Shown piece after piece: positions 12,938-26,001 of a stretch of 64,000 nucleotides of DNA (position 1 is the stretch's first letter; each line of letters opens with the position of its first letter). A program made the translations under genes and the position numbers. Below the pieces are notes generated by a model, which had not been told where the DNA came from, did no database searches, and saw only the letters and a list, made by a program, of their open reading frames with translations. This stretch comes from Octopus vulgaris (taxonomy: Eukaryota), in NCBI GenBank assembly GCA_951406725.2, contig OX597816.1:108190001-108254000 (forward strand), read 5' to 3'.

Positions 12938-13222
12938 TTAAATCCTTAAATCCTTAAAAATGCTTTAGCCCGAAGGCCGCGGCCATGCTGGGGCACCACC
13001 GCTGAATGAGCTACACTAATTTGTGAATCCACCTCTGATACGTGGCACTTGATCAACAAGGGAGTTCGATGCTGCTGCCCGCATCTGTGTCTCCTGTCGT
13101 GAGGTAGGTTCATCTGGGACTCCCGACAAGAAGAGATACAGTTTAGTTTTAAAGAAACCCACATCCACACCATATAAGTCTCTCAGGCATTTAGGGAGGA
13201 TGTTAAAGAGCTGTGGTCCTCT
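12934..13222 (-). mobile_element. CR1-group LINE 3' end (ORF2 C-terminus, 3' UTR and (AAGGATTT)n tail)
   Basis: Minus frame GPQLFNILPKCLRDLYGVDVGFFKTKLYLFLSGVPDEPTSRQETQMRAAASNSLVDQ; 8-bp tandem tail; inserted in (TA)n. Confidence 0.8.
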
Positions 13223-13626
13223 TATATATATATATATATATTATATTATATTATATTATATTATATTATATTATATTATATTATATTATATTATATTTAT
13301 GCATGTCGAATTTTATATCCCTTCTGTAGATATAAATGAATATATGAATATATGTATGTATCTGATCTTTGTGTGTGGATCCTTTAGTTCCTGCTCGCAT
13401 TGCCTCCGCTCAAATTATGAAGTGGAATATAGCTCATTTGGAACACTACAACTCCAGTCTGTATTATATTTTGAATATTGTTATTACTGGCTATCTCAAG
13501 ATATATACCTGTGTATTTTGTAGTATACATATATATGTTTTCTCTCTATCTCTCTTCCTGTATACATAATATATATATGTATATAGCTCTCTCCCTGTAT
13601 ATATATAATATTTATATATGTATATA

Positions 13627-13688
<62 letters not shown>

Positions 13689-13757
13689 AGATTAAGTACA
13701 TAAATGTGAAACAAGATGGAAAAAATAGTACTCGAATACCGGCGGTAGAGTAATATG

Positions 13758-13926
13758 TTTTATTGATAAAGCTACAAAAACATCACAAAAGACTCTTACT
13801 CAGAGTTTCATGTTCCTGTTCGTCGGATAGTTTTGGTTAACAAAAAAAACCCAAACTGTCCGACGGACGATTACATGAAACTCTGAATAACAGTTTATGT
13901 GATGATGTTGCATCACTATTAATAAA
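13758..13926. mobile_element. Imperfect fold-back with two diverging hammerhead-like motifs (13792-13831 minus; 13855-13894 plus)
   Basis: actgt-ccgacgg-acg..cat-GAAA-ctctgaa-ta-acagt and its inverted partner actat-ccgacga-acaggaacat-GAAA-ctctgag-ta-agagt; flanked by (TA)n. Confidence 0.6.
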
Positions 13927-13941
13927 GTATATATATATTAA

Positions 13942-13980
<39 letters not shown>

Positions 13981-14441
13981 CATATTACGTAGTCGAATAT
14001 TATGTATTTGGCTTTGGCATATAAAAGCCACAACGTTGCTATTGGTTTCACGTCTACTATTTCAGTTGGTGGTATAGGCGATTCATCAAACCTGCTGGTC
14101 GGAAGCATGTAACTTCTATATTGATGGAGCTAAATATGCTGTCTTGATCAGTATCATATCTTTGTATACATACATATATGGGTGTGTGTGTGTGTGTGTG
14201 TATAACAGTTTGATTCGGCCCCATATGACTTGTAGATTCGCGAGCTTCTAGCAGATACCAGTTTCCTTCAGACTTAAATTACCGAATGAAATTACCGAAT
14301 CAAATAATGCATTTAACTCCTACTAAACGTGTCGAGTACCTTTTTCTTTTGTTTCTCCACTCCATCGTGCATATATATATAGAATGAGAATGAGAGAGAT
14401 AAGATTGATCTACAAACATATTGATATATATATATATATAT

Positions 14442-14509
<68 letters not shown>

Positions 14510-15607
14510 ACATATACAGACAACACCGGAGCGCATACCTCCACACACACACACACTCATGGCCACATATGTTCGGTTGAAGGAGTTAGATAAGAGGCAT
14601 AAACTAGACTTTCGGCCCTTGATTTACTTTTGTAACTTTTCTGTTGATTAAATGAATGTGTATGTGTGTGTCTGTGTATGAGTGTGTGTGTGTGTACATA
14701 GACACATGCATATATATTTATAGCATTGAAAGATATGCAAATACACAGCCGTGAGAAGTTATGGATCTTAAACCAAATCTTCTGAGTGGATGGTATTACA
14801 TTTCTTTACTTTATTAGAATAGGAAAAGAAACGATATGTCCCTATTGACACAGGCATGTAAATAATTCCTGAATGTTTGGCTATAGTAAATATAAATATA
14901 ATCGAAAACGAAAATCGCTGTTTCTTTGCCAACAAAGAAAATAATGCATGAAAGTATATAGATGTTAAATTTTTGTTAACTAGATTTATTGTAAATAAAA
15001 CACTCCGATATTAACTCTCGCTGATTTTCTATTATATGAATTTTTACTTTTTATAATTTTATGTAATGGATTTTGTTATTTTGTTAATATTTCTTTCTTT
15101 TTCTCTATATCTGCGGAAACAATAAAAGAGTAATGGTTTAAATTTAAATATAACATATATGCAGATAATATACTACAAATGGCTAGAGATACAACTAAAA
15201 GGCTTCCATATATTTCTGCAATCTACTAGAGATAGCATCCCAAATTTCTCTCAAATTACATCCTAGCGTTTTGAAAAGAAATCGGAGGAAGTACGTGAAG
15301 TGTGTGTGTGTATATAAATATATATTGATAAATATATGTATATATTTAAAAAAAATATATTGAGGTTGAGCTGGCCTTTGGAGGATCAGTTTTGGCGTCT
15401 TTCTTGCCTAGGTTATAGAAGGGTTAAGCAAGGGCTATCAATCTTTTCTCACAGAAAAGCCAATATTTTATGTGATGATATGACATGTAATGTATAATAC
15501 AGCATACAACAGAGACATTCTGCATGTATATAGACTTGTAAATATAAGTATACATATATGTGTGTGTGTTTGAGTGTGTGTGTGTGCATGTGCGTGTGTT
15601 TTTGTGT

Positions 15608-15647
<40 letters not shown>

Positions 15648-15660
15648 AGGGTACACAAAT

Positions 15661-15715
15661 AATAAATAAAACGTATATATTTGGTAGAATAACAAATATA
15701 TACGTTTTATTTATT
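15661..15715. repeat. Perfect 23-bp inverted repeat with 9-nt loop
   Basis: aataaataaaacgtatatatttg / caaatatatacgttttatttatt. Confidence 0.9.
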
Positions 15716-15897
15716 TTTTGCACATTACTTAATCGTCGGTATATTATTGTTATTTTATTTTTAATATTTCTATTATGCTATTTTCTAGATGGTGTAATTT
15801 AATTGTTCGTTTTGTATTGATAGAATGTGTTTTTTTCTAATTTATATATGTATATATATACACCCGCACGCATATATATTATGTATATACATATATA

Positions 15898-16170
15898 TGA
15901 GGGCGAGTGGCTTAGTGAATACGTAATCTAGCGATCGTGAATTCAATATCCTGACCGGGTGGTGAGTCGTGTTCTTGAGCAAAACACTTCATCTCATGTT
16001 GCTCTGCGATCACTTCGACACCTGATGCACCTGTTCAGACAACGTCGTTTTGATGGAGAAAGCTAGCTAGTGTGCAGCACGAACATTTGATCATTATAAA
16101 CAAATCATTTGCGCAGATCGTTTGGCAGAAGTTGAACGCTCACACGTCGTCTTCGACGAGAGAGTCCATT
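15898..16170 (+). mobile_element. tRNA-derived SINE (family shared with 49408-49675)
   Basis: tggcttagtg head, gtgttcttgagcaaaacactt CORE-like motif, shared body gcacctgttcag..atttgatca.tataa..aaatcattt. Confidence 0.75.
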
Positions 16171-16539
16171 ATATACATACATGCATGCATACATACGTAG
16201 GTACGAGCGTACGTACATATGTATGTATAAACATATAAACGCACACAAATATATAGTTTTTTGGGTGGGAGTACAGTTGGATGATGTTCAGTATTATATC
16301 GGATAATATCTCATCCTTTTATCAAAATGATTTACTGTAGACTAAGGTCTGGACTGTTTCTTATAAGAGAGTACTGAATCATGATGACAGATATCTGGAC
16401 GACGGCTATATATCATGACAATGCTTCTGTAACCCATACATAGATAAATTAATGTTAATATACTCAATACTGGTAGCATTAAGTAAAACTAACTTCATCA
16501 CGTCAATGTTCCTGAGATTTCCATTACTGTTAACCTTCG

Positions 16540-17390
16540 TCCATCTCCATGACCTACGGCATGTGATAGTTCCTCTCAGCAGTGGCATCTACTACTATCT
16601 GTGGTGTTTATCTTCGCAGGGTTACTACTGTTGATGTGTCTAAATTAAGGAATCACTAAGCAGGCTCATCCTCGCTTCTCAAGTAGTGTCCAACAAAGAG
16701 AAATCCTTTTCGAAATGTGCTCGATAAATCCTTAAATCCTTAAAAATGTTTTGCCCGAAGGCTGCGGCCATGCTGGGGCACCACCGCTTTATGAAGTATA
16801 TTGTAATATTTTTCTTTTGAAAGAGTGTTCTTTCCAGGGCACACTCAGAAAGACATGAAGCAATTACATATAGATACCATCCAGCATAGTTCCGTTTCTT
16901 CGGGTTGGTGTCAGAAAGGAGGGACCACCAAGTATCACAGATTCAACCACTGCATGGAAGGATTTCTTATCACATTCCTCGAGAGCTGAGCTTTCCATAT
17001 TAGGCTGAGGTTTTTAAGTACCGCCCAACTTTTGATGAAGCATAGCTTGATATCTTCTTTTGATACTATGTTGATCTCGAAATATGAGTAAGAATTTTCT
17101 GGCTTTTATGGATCTTCTAGGTAATGGGGTGATCGTGACAGTTTTTTTTGCGTTATCATAAAGACTGGGTGTCGGGAAGTTCTCGATTTTGGTAGGAGAA
17201 AGCCATGCTCCTTGTTGTAATCTACTAAGATGCAGAGGGCAAGGATATCTCCACACAAAACATCAGTAAGAATGTCAAAATATTCAACGTACTTGTCGGA
17301 TGAGCGTGTCTTAGCTCGATAGACCATGTAGAGCACAGAACAGCAGGAAAATTCTTTGCAGGATAGCAGGAAACTCCTTCTTTTCGTTTG
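16540..17390 (-). mobile_element. RTE-type LINE ORF remnant, decayed and interrupted by a CR1-group tail
   Basis: Frameshifted minus-strand peptides KSWAVLKNLSLIWKAQLSRN, FHAVVESVILGG, VCPGKN/WKEH-like and FVGHYLRSEDEPA resemble the post-RT region of RTE elements. Confidence 0.6.
16726..16787 (-). mobile_element. About 60-bp tail-only insertion of the CR1-group LINE
   Basis: Near-identical to 12940-13002, including the (AAATCCTT)n tail. Confidence 0.85.
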
Positions 17391-17426
17391 ACAGTCAAAT
17401 ACTACTGAGTAACATTATCATTATTA

Positions 17427-17848
17427 TGGCAGTGAGCTGGCAGAATCGTTAACAAGCCGGGGAAAATGCTTAGTAGCATTTCGTCCCGTCTTCAGGTTCT
17501 GAGTTCAAATGCCACGGAGGTCGACTTTGCCTTTCATACTTTCAGGGTCGATTAATTAAGTACTAGTGAAACATTGGGGTTGATGTAATAAACTAGTCCC
17601 CACCCTTCAAATATCAGGCCTTGTACCTTTAGTAGAAAATATTATTCTTATCACTAAGGCGGCAAGCTCGCAAAATCGGTAGCACGCCGGAAGAAATGTC
17701 CCTCCTTACGTTCTGAGTTCAAATTCCGCCGAGGTCGAATTTGCTTTTCATCTTTTCGGGTTCGATGAAATAAGTACCATGGGGTCGATGTAAGTGACTT
17801 ATCCTACTGTCATGAAATTGCAGGACTTGTGCAAAAATTTGAAATCTC
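17427..17848 (+). mobile_element. Two tandem tRNA-SINEs of the 5855 family
   Basis: Two head plus gagttcaaat..gaggtcga.tttgc.tttcat bodies. Confidence 0.85.
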
Positions 17849-17952
17849 TATTATTACATTTATTCCAACTAGCATGCAGAACAACACCGGAGGTTATACA
17901 GGCCTTATTATGACCTCATTTGGAAAGCAGATGCATCAGGGTTACTGTTGAT

Positions 17953-18247
17953 CAGTGGTCCTCAAATTTTTTCAGGCTGCCGCCCCTTGACATTCGCGCT
18001 GTATTCTTAGCGCTCACCTTCCCCACTCAGCACCACAAACGTAGACCACTTTCTGCAGCAAATTCAAAGCAACAGTATTTCACAAATAAAACTTAACCTA
18101 ATTAATCCCTTATTTGGGGGATGGGAGTGGTGGTTACATCCATCGCCTCCTTTTGGTCATCCTATTATTGCCCCACTTTTCTTCAGCACGCCTCTAGATC
18201 TTTCCGCCGCCCACAGGGGAGTGTACCGCCCACTTTGGGAACCACTG
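17953..18247. mobile_element. hAT (Charlie-like) MITE
   Basis: TIRs cagtggtcctcaaa / tttgggaaccactg; 8-bp flanks ctgttgat / ctgtaaat (6/8 match), consistent with a hAT TSD. Confidence 0.75.
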
Positions 18248-18643
18248 CTGTAAATGTAGCGTTGAGAGAAACAAACTTATGTAAAGACACTATAATAATT
18301 CAACGGGTGTACCACAAACTGACCCTAGCGTGCAGTTTCAGGGCATTTCAATTATACAAATATCAGACGTCTGTCAAGAATCAGATACCCTCATTTGTTA
18401 TAATGCAAGACAAATGATAGACAGTGTCAAAAGGAAAGATATTTCGATCTACATATATATATATATATATATATATTGATGATTTATTGTTGTTATGAAC
18501 GTTTTCTTTTAGTTCAATTTTTGGTTTTTTTTTAAAGTGATAAATTACTGTACAACAACAAAAAAGTAGAATTCATGTCAGCTTATCTGAAATCATTAAA
18601 CAATATCAATCAGCGGCTAGATAAATATACGTGTATTTGTGTG

Positions 18644-18682
<39 letters not shown>

Positions 18683-18730
18683 ACATAGTTATATATATAT
18701 ATATATATATGCATATACATATACATGCAT

Positions 18731-18789
<59 letters not shown>

Positions 18790-19021
18790 TATGTATAAAT
18801 ATGCACACACGCGTGTATACATGTATCCGCTGATTGATACTGTTTGTATATATATACATATATATAAATGTATATATATATATACATACATACATATATA
18901 TACACACACACGCACACACTCAAACACATATATGTATGTATATGTGTATATATATATACACAGACATATACATGTTCATATGAAAAGATATATATATACA
19001 TATACACGTTTTACATGTATG

Positions 19022-19052
<31 letters not shown>

Positions 19053-19194
19053 TGTGCGTATACATGTGTGTATGTATGTATGTAAGCATAAGCGTCTAAG
19101 TTTGACAGTTTGTATAAAAGGAAAGTGAATATACCATCTAAAAGTAAAAGTATTTTAAAAATACATAAAAAATTTAGTGGATTGTGGGTTTTTT

Positions 19195-19530
19195 AGTCAA
19201 AGTAGCTGCTCTCAGCTTCCGCAAACGCCTCAAGACGGCTCTCGAACCAGGCATATCCGTTCCATACTGCGTTCTAGAGAAGATCTGCAAAACACTTGAT
19301 CTTGGCCACAAGATCGGCCTTGGTTCTGCAAGCAGATAGACTGGTATGTTTCTCGACCGCGCCCTATTCTTTTCAGAATTATAGCAAGGAGCCGAATCCT
19401 GCTGCGACTCATATGACCTTCCAGCAACGACCCTCTCCTACCAAGTAATGACGGCAGTCTCCACCAGCTTCACATAGCCGTCTGAATTGAACTTTAAGCC
19501 CTCTTCAAAGATGGGATAAATTCCGGCATG
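19195..19530 (-). mobile_element. Tc1/mariner-superfamily transposase C-terminal remnant
   Basis: Minus peptides IFEEGLKFNSDGYVKLVETAVITW*ERVVAGRSYESQQDSAPCY and FESRLEAFAEAESSYFD* match DDD/E catalytic and C-terminal motifs (QQDxAPxH; RLEAVIEAEGGY). Confidence 0.8.
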
Positions 19531-19592
19531 CAGACGCAGTGAGAATGCCTGCTGAAACCATTGTTGCTTGCCATGGAAGTATTTTGTCGACG

Positions 19593-19593
19593 T

Positions 19594-19626
<33 letters not shown>

Positions 19627-19651
19627 GTCATCGTCATCGTCATCGTCGTCG

Positions 19652-19709
<58 letters not shown>

Positions 19710-19757
19710 TATCACCATCATAATCATCATCAATAATAATAATAATAATAATAATAT
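19593..19757. repeat. Compound (CAT)n/(CGT)n/(AAT)n microsatellite
   Basis: Directly visible. Confidence 0.95.
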
Positions 19758-20030
19758 TGAGTGAGAGAGCAGTGCATGCCATCAAAGTGACACTGGGGTA
19801 AAATATACGAAGCCCAGTATACCCATCATGTCTACCCGTCTGATAATAGTACACTAGGCACATGCATCACAATTATCCAAACGTCTAATTATCCAAACGT
19901 CTAAGATTTCCTTTCAACACACCGGCTATGATGCTCCCCCACTACTTCTGCTCGTGATCAGAGATGCACATGTCGTCAGCCACTAAGGGATATTGCTCAA
20001 CTGGTTAAGGTCAAACAACTGACAAGCAAA
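19758..20030 (-). mobile_element. Internally deleted copy of the 6270-6814 repeat
   Basis: Same terminus tgagtga.agagcagtgcatg.catcaaagtgacactgggg; 16-bp tandem duplication aattatccaaacgtct (19871-19902) at the deletion junction. Confidence 0.85.
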
Positions 20031-20083
20031 TTATTATTATTATTATTGCTGTTGTTGTTATCCTTATTATTATAATAATAATA

Positions 20084-20148
<65 letters not shown>

Positions 20149-20149
<1 letters not shown>

Positions 20150-20865
20150 GACGTCGCACACTACAATATCGTGAGGTTGTTGATTGAAGATGTGTCTGCT
20201 GAGGGTTTGTACTGTTTGTCAAGTCACAACAAGGACTTCAGACAGACAGTACTTTACACAATATGCGTGCAGTTCCAATTAATGCCGACTTTTGCAATAC
20301 ATCTAGATTGTAGGGTATCTCTAAAGTTTTCAGATGCTTTTTTTTTTCCAGATTGGGTGGTATTGAAGCGAATGCGCCGATGACAACAGGGATAAACTTT
20401 ATATTTGGCTCTCGTAGCTGCCACATTTTAGCGATCTCAATTCTCAGGTCTCCATATTAATCAACCTTTTCTCTTTCTTTCATGAAGATATGTTGATCTC
20501 CTGGCGCTACCATGTCAATTATTAGGCCCACTTGTTTGTCCTTCCTAAAGATTACTATATCCGACCTTCGGTGCTCTATTGCTTTGTCTGGAAGTCAAAG
20601 TCCCAGAAGATTTTTGCTTTCCTTTTTCGTCTATTACATTTTCTGGTGTATGTTGGTACCGAGCACTCGTAACCTCATATCCATACTTACAGCATAGTAA
20701 CCCCAGTGGGGGTTTGTGCTATCTTGTCGTGTCTGCGCTTGTACTCTTTCTGCGCAAGACTTTCACAAGCACTAACAATGTGAGTCACGCTTTCGACCCT
20801 CTACCCACACATATCTGCAGAGGTTCGTTGCACTTGTGTGGTATAAATTCTTTTTCACTGTGTTG
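20149..20865 (-). mobile_element. R4/Dong-clade retrotransposon 3' fragment (zinc knuckle and RLE endonuclease) within (TAA)n
   Basis: LCR..CG*RVESVTHIVSACESLAQKEYKRRHDKIA, RRSDIVIF, IPVVIGAFASIP...LQKSALIGTARILCKVLSV*; (TTA)n on both sides. Confidence 0.88.
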
Positions 20866-20889
20866 TTATTATTATTATCATCAGTTTTA

Positions 20890-20956
<67 letters not shown>

Positions 20957-20958
<2 letters not shown>

Positions 20959-21400
20959 TGGTGAGCTAGCAGAATCATTAATTCTTCGGACAAAATGCTT
21001 TGCTTAGCAGCATTCCTTCATGCTCCTTACACTCTGAGTTCAAATTCCGACGTGTACCTATACCATTAACCCTGAAATGGTTTGGTAGAATGGGCACCAA
21101 TTGAGCACTGGCCTCGATGTCATCAACTATTCCTCTCCCACGAAAGTTCCAGCCGTATGCGCAGAGTAAAATTGATTGCTATTATTATTATCGCAAGGTA
21201 TTTTGTCCGAAGTGAGAATGTCGGAAAAAATGCTTTCCAGTGTTGCTTCCGAATCTTTACGTTCTAAATTGAAAACGTAAAGACCAATCTTATCTTTCCT
21301 CCTTTCGGAGTGACAAAATAAAGTATCAGTGATATATAGACCTCGGCGGTTTCCACTGAACGTTTGTCTTTCAAAATTCCAGACCTTGTGCTTATTGTGC
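20957..21400 (+). mobile_element. Two decayed tRNA-SINE copies of the 5855 family
   Basis: ggtgagctagcagaatcatta...ctgagttcaaattccg, plus a second decayed body near 21240-21390. Confidence 0.6.
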
Positions 21401-21863
21401 AGACCATTATTATTAATTACATGATTTGGCATAAATCCGTCCTTATTGGCAAAATCCCACAACTTTGTACCTCAATCATTGATAAAATGATCTTCTTTAC
21501 CAAATTTGGCACTACGGCATAACGTTTGTGTGATAACATTTTGATATGTTATCGTTATGTCCTTGGTAAAGGGTATTTTTTATTCTTTTATTCCATTGGC
21601 CTCATTCATTGAACTGCTGCCAATGTGAGCCGCCTCCTTTGAAGAGATAGACGACTCATCGATACCACAACATATTTCAATCTAATATTTATTACATTGA
21701 TCTCTTACAGTCGATCTGCAATGCCGCTGGACATAAAAAGCATAGGCCTGTTTTTTTTTTTTTTTGTTATATGGATAAAAACATAAAATACAGACACACA
21801 GGTATACACTTGTCGTCTCACATACACACACGTGCTTGCGCGCCTTAGTTCATCGGGGCCACC

Positions 21864-21966
<103 letters not shown>

Positions 21967-21984
21967 CCTTTCATTCAGTCTCTC

Positions 21985-22198
21985 TCTTCCGGCCATTTCA
22001 GTATGTTGAACCGTTAGTCTCTACCCATTTTTCTCTCTCTGTTTTTTTTCATTCTTTCTCCGTTCCCCGCCTCTTAATCCTTTCTGCCGAAGAGCGTAGG
22101 TTCGAAACGTAAAATACTTTATTCTTCCCGAGCGTTAAACTAATACACTTGCTTGTTGTTCCTACATCTGTCTTCGTCTTTTGTTTTCTGTAAATTTG

Positions 22199-22201
<3 letters not shown>
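21985..22201 (+). mobile_element. Short PLE-type terminal unit with hammerhead-like motif (about 22081-22114), ending in (TA)n
   Basis: ttt-CTGCCGA-a-gagc-gtag-gttc-GAAA-cg-ta-aaa; core deviates from CTGANGA. Confidence 0.5.
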
Positions 22202-22254
<53 letters not shown>

Positions 22255-22256
<2 letters not shown>

Positions 22257-23040
22257 TAGAAAGAATGTGATAACAAAATCAAGGCTGTGATGAGTTTTCG
22301 GGACATTTATAAGGAAATAGTCTTACAGCTGTTTCTGGGATATTATGGATATCCTTTCATCAGAGACGGTGTGAGAAGGTTAAATTAACGAAATACTTGA
22401 GTTCGAATTATTATGGAAAGGGAGAAAGGGAGTAGATAGGGAATATAGAGTGAAATAAGAGAATGAAAGTAGAAATAAGATATATAAAGATATTGTATTC
22501 CTTTATTCGAGGAAAATGGTGTATAGAAATCGCAAAAAGGTTTCCTATACATGGTATGTAAGCCGTGGAATCTGTGTTGCTCGTTCGAAAGGGTTTTGTG
22601 GTGTGAATGAAAATTTAAGAATGTATTGGTAGTATTTATGGATTGATGGGGGGGGGATATGTGTATTATACCCATATACAAATACATACATACATAAAAT
22701 ACATGAACACACATTTACACACACACAAGTATCCGTTTGTATGTCCATATATGTAGTTTTAAATGATTGTGATCCTTAGAGTAAGATAGGTGAGTTAAAA
22801 AATTAAAGATTAATAATTAAACTGGAGATAAGTAGGGTTGTTGGAGATTACCTAAGGGGTGTTGTGGATATATACTATGTGGTTATTTAGGTTAAATTTA
22901 GATTTGTGGTAAAATTTGAAGGTGTGAAAAAAGCGGTAGTTGCATGTACTTAGGGCCTCATTATATTTATTTAGAAGTGTTGAGGAGTTGTGTTTTAATA
23001 TGTGGAATGCCTCTTTAAGTAATTCTTCAATTTATTCTTC
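22255..23040 (-). mobile_element. Penelope-like element 3' end (endonuclease C-terminus, UTR and hammerhead), ending at (TA)n
   Basis: Minus peptide EELLKEAFHILKHNSSTLLNKYNEALSTCNYR resembles the PLE GIY-YIG tail (LLNKRxELxxxCRH); hammerhead downstream in the same orientation. Confidence 0.7.
22320..22367 (-). ncRNA. Minimal type-I hammerhead ribozyme, intact core
   Basis: GTCT-CTGATGA-aa-ggatat-ccata-atatcc-ca-GAAA-CAGCTG-TA-AGAC; palindromic stem III. Confidence 0.8.
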
Positions 23041-23050
23041 CCACATTAGT

Positions 23051-23373
23051 GAAGATACGTGGCTTAGTAGTTAGGGCACGCAGTTCATGACCTTACAGTC
23101 GTTATTTCGATTCCCGGTGGTACGTTATGTCCTTCAGCAAGGCGCTTTGTTTCACGTTGCTCCAGTCCATTGAGCTGACAAAAATGAGTAGTACCTGTAA
23201 TTCAAAAGATCAGCCTTGTCACATTCCGTTTCATGATGAATCTCCCTCAGAACTATGTTAAGGGCACCCGTGTCTGTGGAGTGCTCAGTCATTTGCACGC
23301 TAACTTTACCAACAGGCTGTTCTGCTAATCGGATCAACTGGAATCCTTGTTGTCGTAACCGACGAAGTACTCT
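23051..23373 (+). mobile_element. tRNA-derived SINE
   Basis: tggcttagtagttag A-box, ttcgattccc B-box, gtccttcagcaaggc CORE-like motif. Confidence 0.8.
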
Positions 23374-24482
23374 TTTATTTTTATATTCACTTCACAATTA
23401 CATAGTATGAGGTTCGAATCCACTGAATGTTTACCATGGCTATGTGTCTCCTATGTTCAATCAAAGCTTTGTGGTAGTTTTGTAGATGAAAATTGTGTTA
23501 TCCCCAACAGACAGAATAAATGTTTATACAGAATAAACGTCGTAAACTTAACCCGCTACTGGTTTCAAGACAGCCCCTTGGCTGTCTTGAAACCGGCAGC
23601 TTTAAGTGCTTTTAACAGAACCCACTGTTTTGCAAGACATTTTCCCCACACCTCCGTTCTGAGGATATGTGCTTCGTTTCACCCATGAATCATAGGAAAC
23701 CCTGAACAAAACCATGAGAGCTATATTCCATACTGTTTGTCGTTAAAAATTTACAAAACGTCCACAGCTTCCAAATAACTACCTCCACCCACACTTTTTC
23801 CCCATTGATGAAGTCAATAAAGCTAATCTCCCATTGATGGATATGTCTGCCAGTGAAAACATCAAATCTTATAATTCTTATCTAACTATAAAGATAAATA
23901 CGCAAGATTAAATATATAAGAATGTTGCATATTTTAAAACAACTAATCCACTAATAACTTCTCTTATGTGTCTACGCATACACAGATATTAAATAAAGTG
24001 TTATGTTTGTTCCCTCCAGACGCTTTCTCTACCCCGTGTGCCATATCTTCTAGGAATTTTCTTATGTATTGACACGAACGATACAAAGTAGAATGAAAGT
24101 TCCATTCCATAACGTAGGCTGTAAATCTATTCACATCTCTAGCAAACTCTTTTCAAAACTACTAACAGTTCCGGAGAACGTTTCTGATTATTCAATGATA
24201 AAGACATTAAATGACTAATCTAACAACAATGAACGATATTGTTCATGTGTATATGCACATAAATACATCCATACACCCATACACATAATATGCACACACG
24301 CACCACACACACACGCGCATATATATATATATGCACACATGGGCTCTCACACACACACACACCGGATTTTTTATCAACTAAACTACGCATATATATATAT
24401 ATATATATATATATGCACTCACACACACACACGTCGGATTGTTTATCAACTTAACTACGCTATGACTTAGATATTTCTGTTT

Positions 24483-24531
<49 letters not shown>

Positions 24532-24640
24532 CTTGCATCAAGTGTATTTATGTGTCTGTGTGACGTATGTGCATTTTATGCCCATACACAGAGATAATAG
24601 CATTGATCAACGTATACATACAGTTTTATGTGAATAAATT

Positions 24641-24676
<36 letters not shown>

Positions 24677-25752
24677 CACACATACATAAATATATATATA
24701 CATACGTACATACATAGATAGCCACATGCGTACATGTAAGTAGTTATAGTCATGCATGTTGGTAGTTATAAATATTCAGCAAGACTATGTCTTAGTTTAG
24801 AGAGACATGTAATGAAGTCACATAATCACAAATGAGTGATTTGTTTTATTACATAAGGTTTAATAGATTTTGCTGGAACAATAATGCCAATACCGAAACA
24901 CGAGACATCAGAAAATGTGCAGCAAAACGAAAAACTAAAGTACACAAGAATTTAAGTTATAGGAGTACCCATTTATTTGTATGTGTGTATATGTGTGTAT
25001 ACATGTGTATGGAGTGTTTCTCTACAGATGTGTATATATGTATATGTCTGTCTGTCTGTATGTACGTATGTATGTATGTGCGTACATGTGCGTATTTATG
25101 TGTGTGTGTATGTATATGTGTGTGCGAGTATGTGTGTGTGTGTGTCTGTGTATGTTTGTGTGTTTGTGCATACATGTATATGAAGATATACACTTTTCTA
25201 TCCGTTGCTCTCTCTCTCTCTTTCTCTCTCACTCTCTCTCTCTACATATCTATTTATCTATATTTCTATCAATATATCAATGTATCTATATACATTTACA
25301 CAGACTACACACCACAAGCACAGCGGCATATACCCACACGTATATATATATATATACACTTGTATGTATGCCTATATAATTATGTTTGTGTGTGTTCGCA
25401 TGTGAGTTTGTGCGTGTGTGCTTGCATATATATCCTAACTACACGCAAAGTTATCTTCTATAATTGCGCACTGAAACCTAACTTTTAAGAAACAGGAAAA
25501 ATACTTTTCTTAATATCTTCTCAAGAAGTTTACATACAAAACTGAGATAATGGGATAATCCACTTGATATTTCCATTATCTCAGGAGCAATAATAGTAAT
25601 TTGTCATTAATTTCTGTCAAGTATCAATGTTGAGGCGGCGGTACTGTTGCTACATTTGGAAGCATAGGACTCGGGTTCTCTTACTAAAAATAATTCATTC
25701 CTATTTCTTTTCTACACCGAGGGCCGTTCTTAGTAGCGTTATCGGCCTCCAA

Positions 25753-25960
25753 AAGGCGGCAAGCTGTCAGAATTATTAGCACGCACCAAGAAGAATCCTT
25801 CGCGGCATTTTTCTGGCTTTACGTTCCGAGTTCAAATTCCATCGAGGTCGACTGTACCTTTCATCCTTTCGGGGTTGAAAAATAAAAACCAGTACAACAC
25901 TGGTATGGATATAATCGAATAGCACCCACCCCTATAAATTTCAGGTCATTTGCATATAGT
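25753..25960 (+). mobile_element. tRNA-SINE of the 5855 family
   Basis: gagttcaaattccatcgaggtcgactgtacctttcatcctttcgggg. Confidence 0.85.
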
Positions 25961-26001
25961 ATTTCAATGTTCCGAGTAATTAAATGTTCTGTACCTTTTC
26001 T

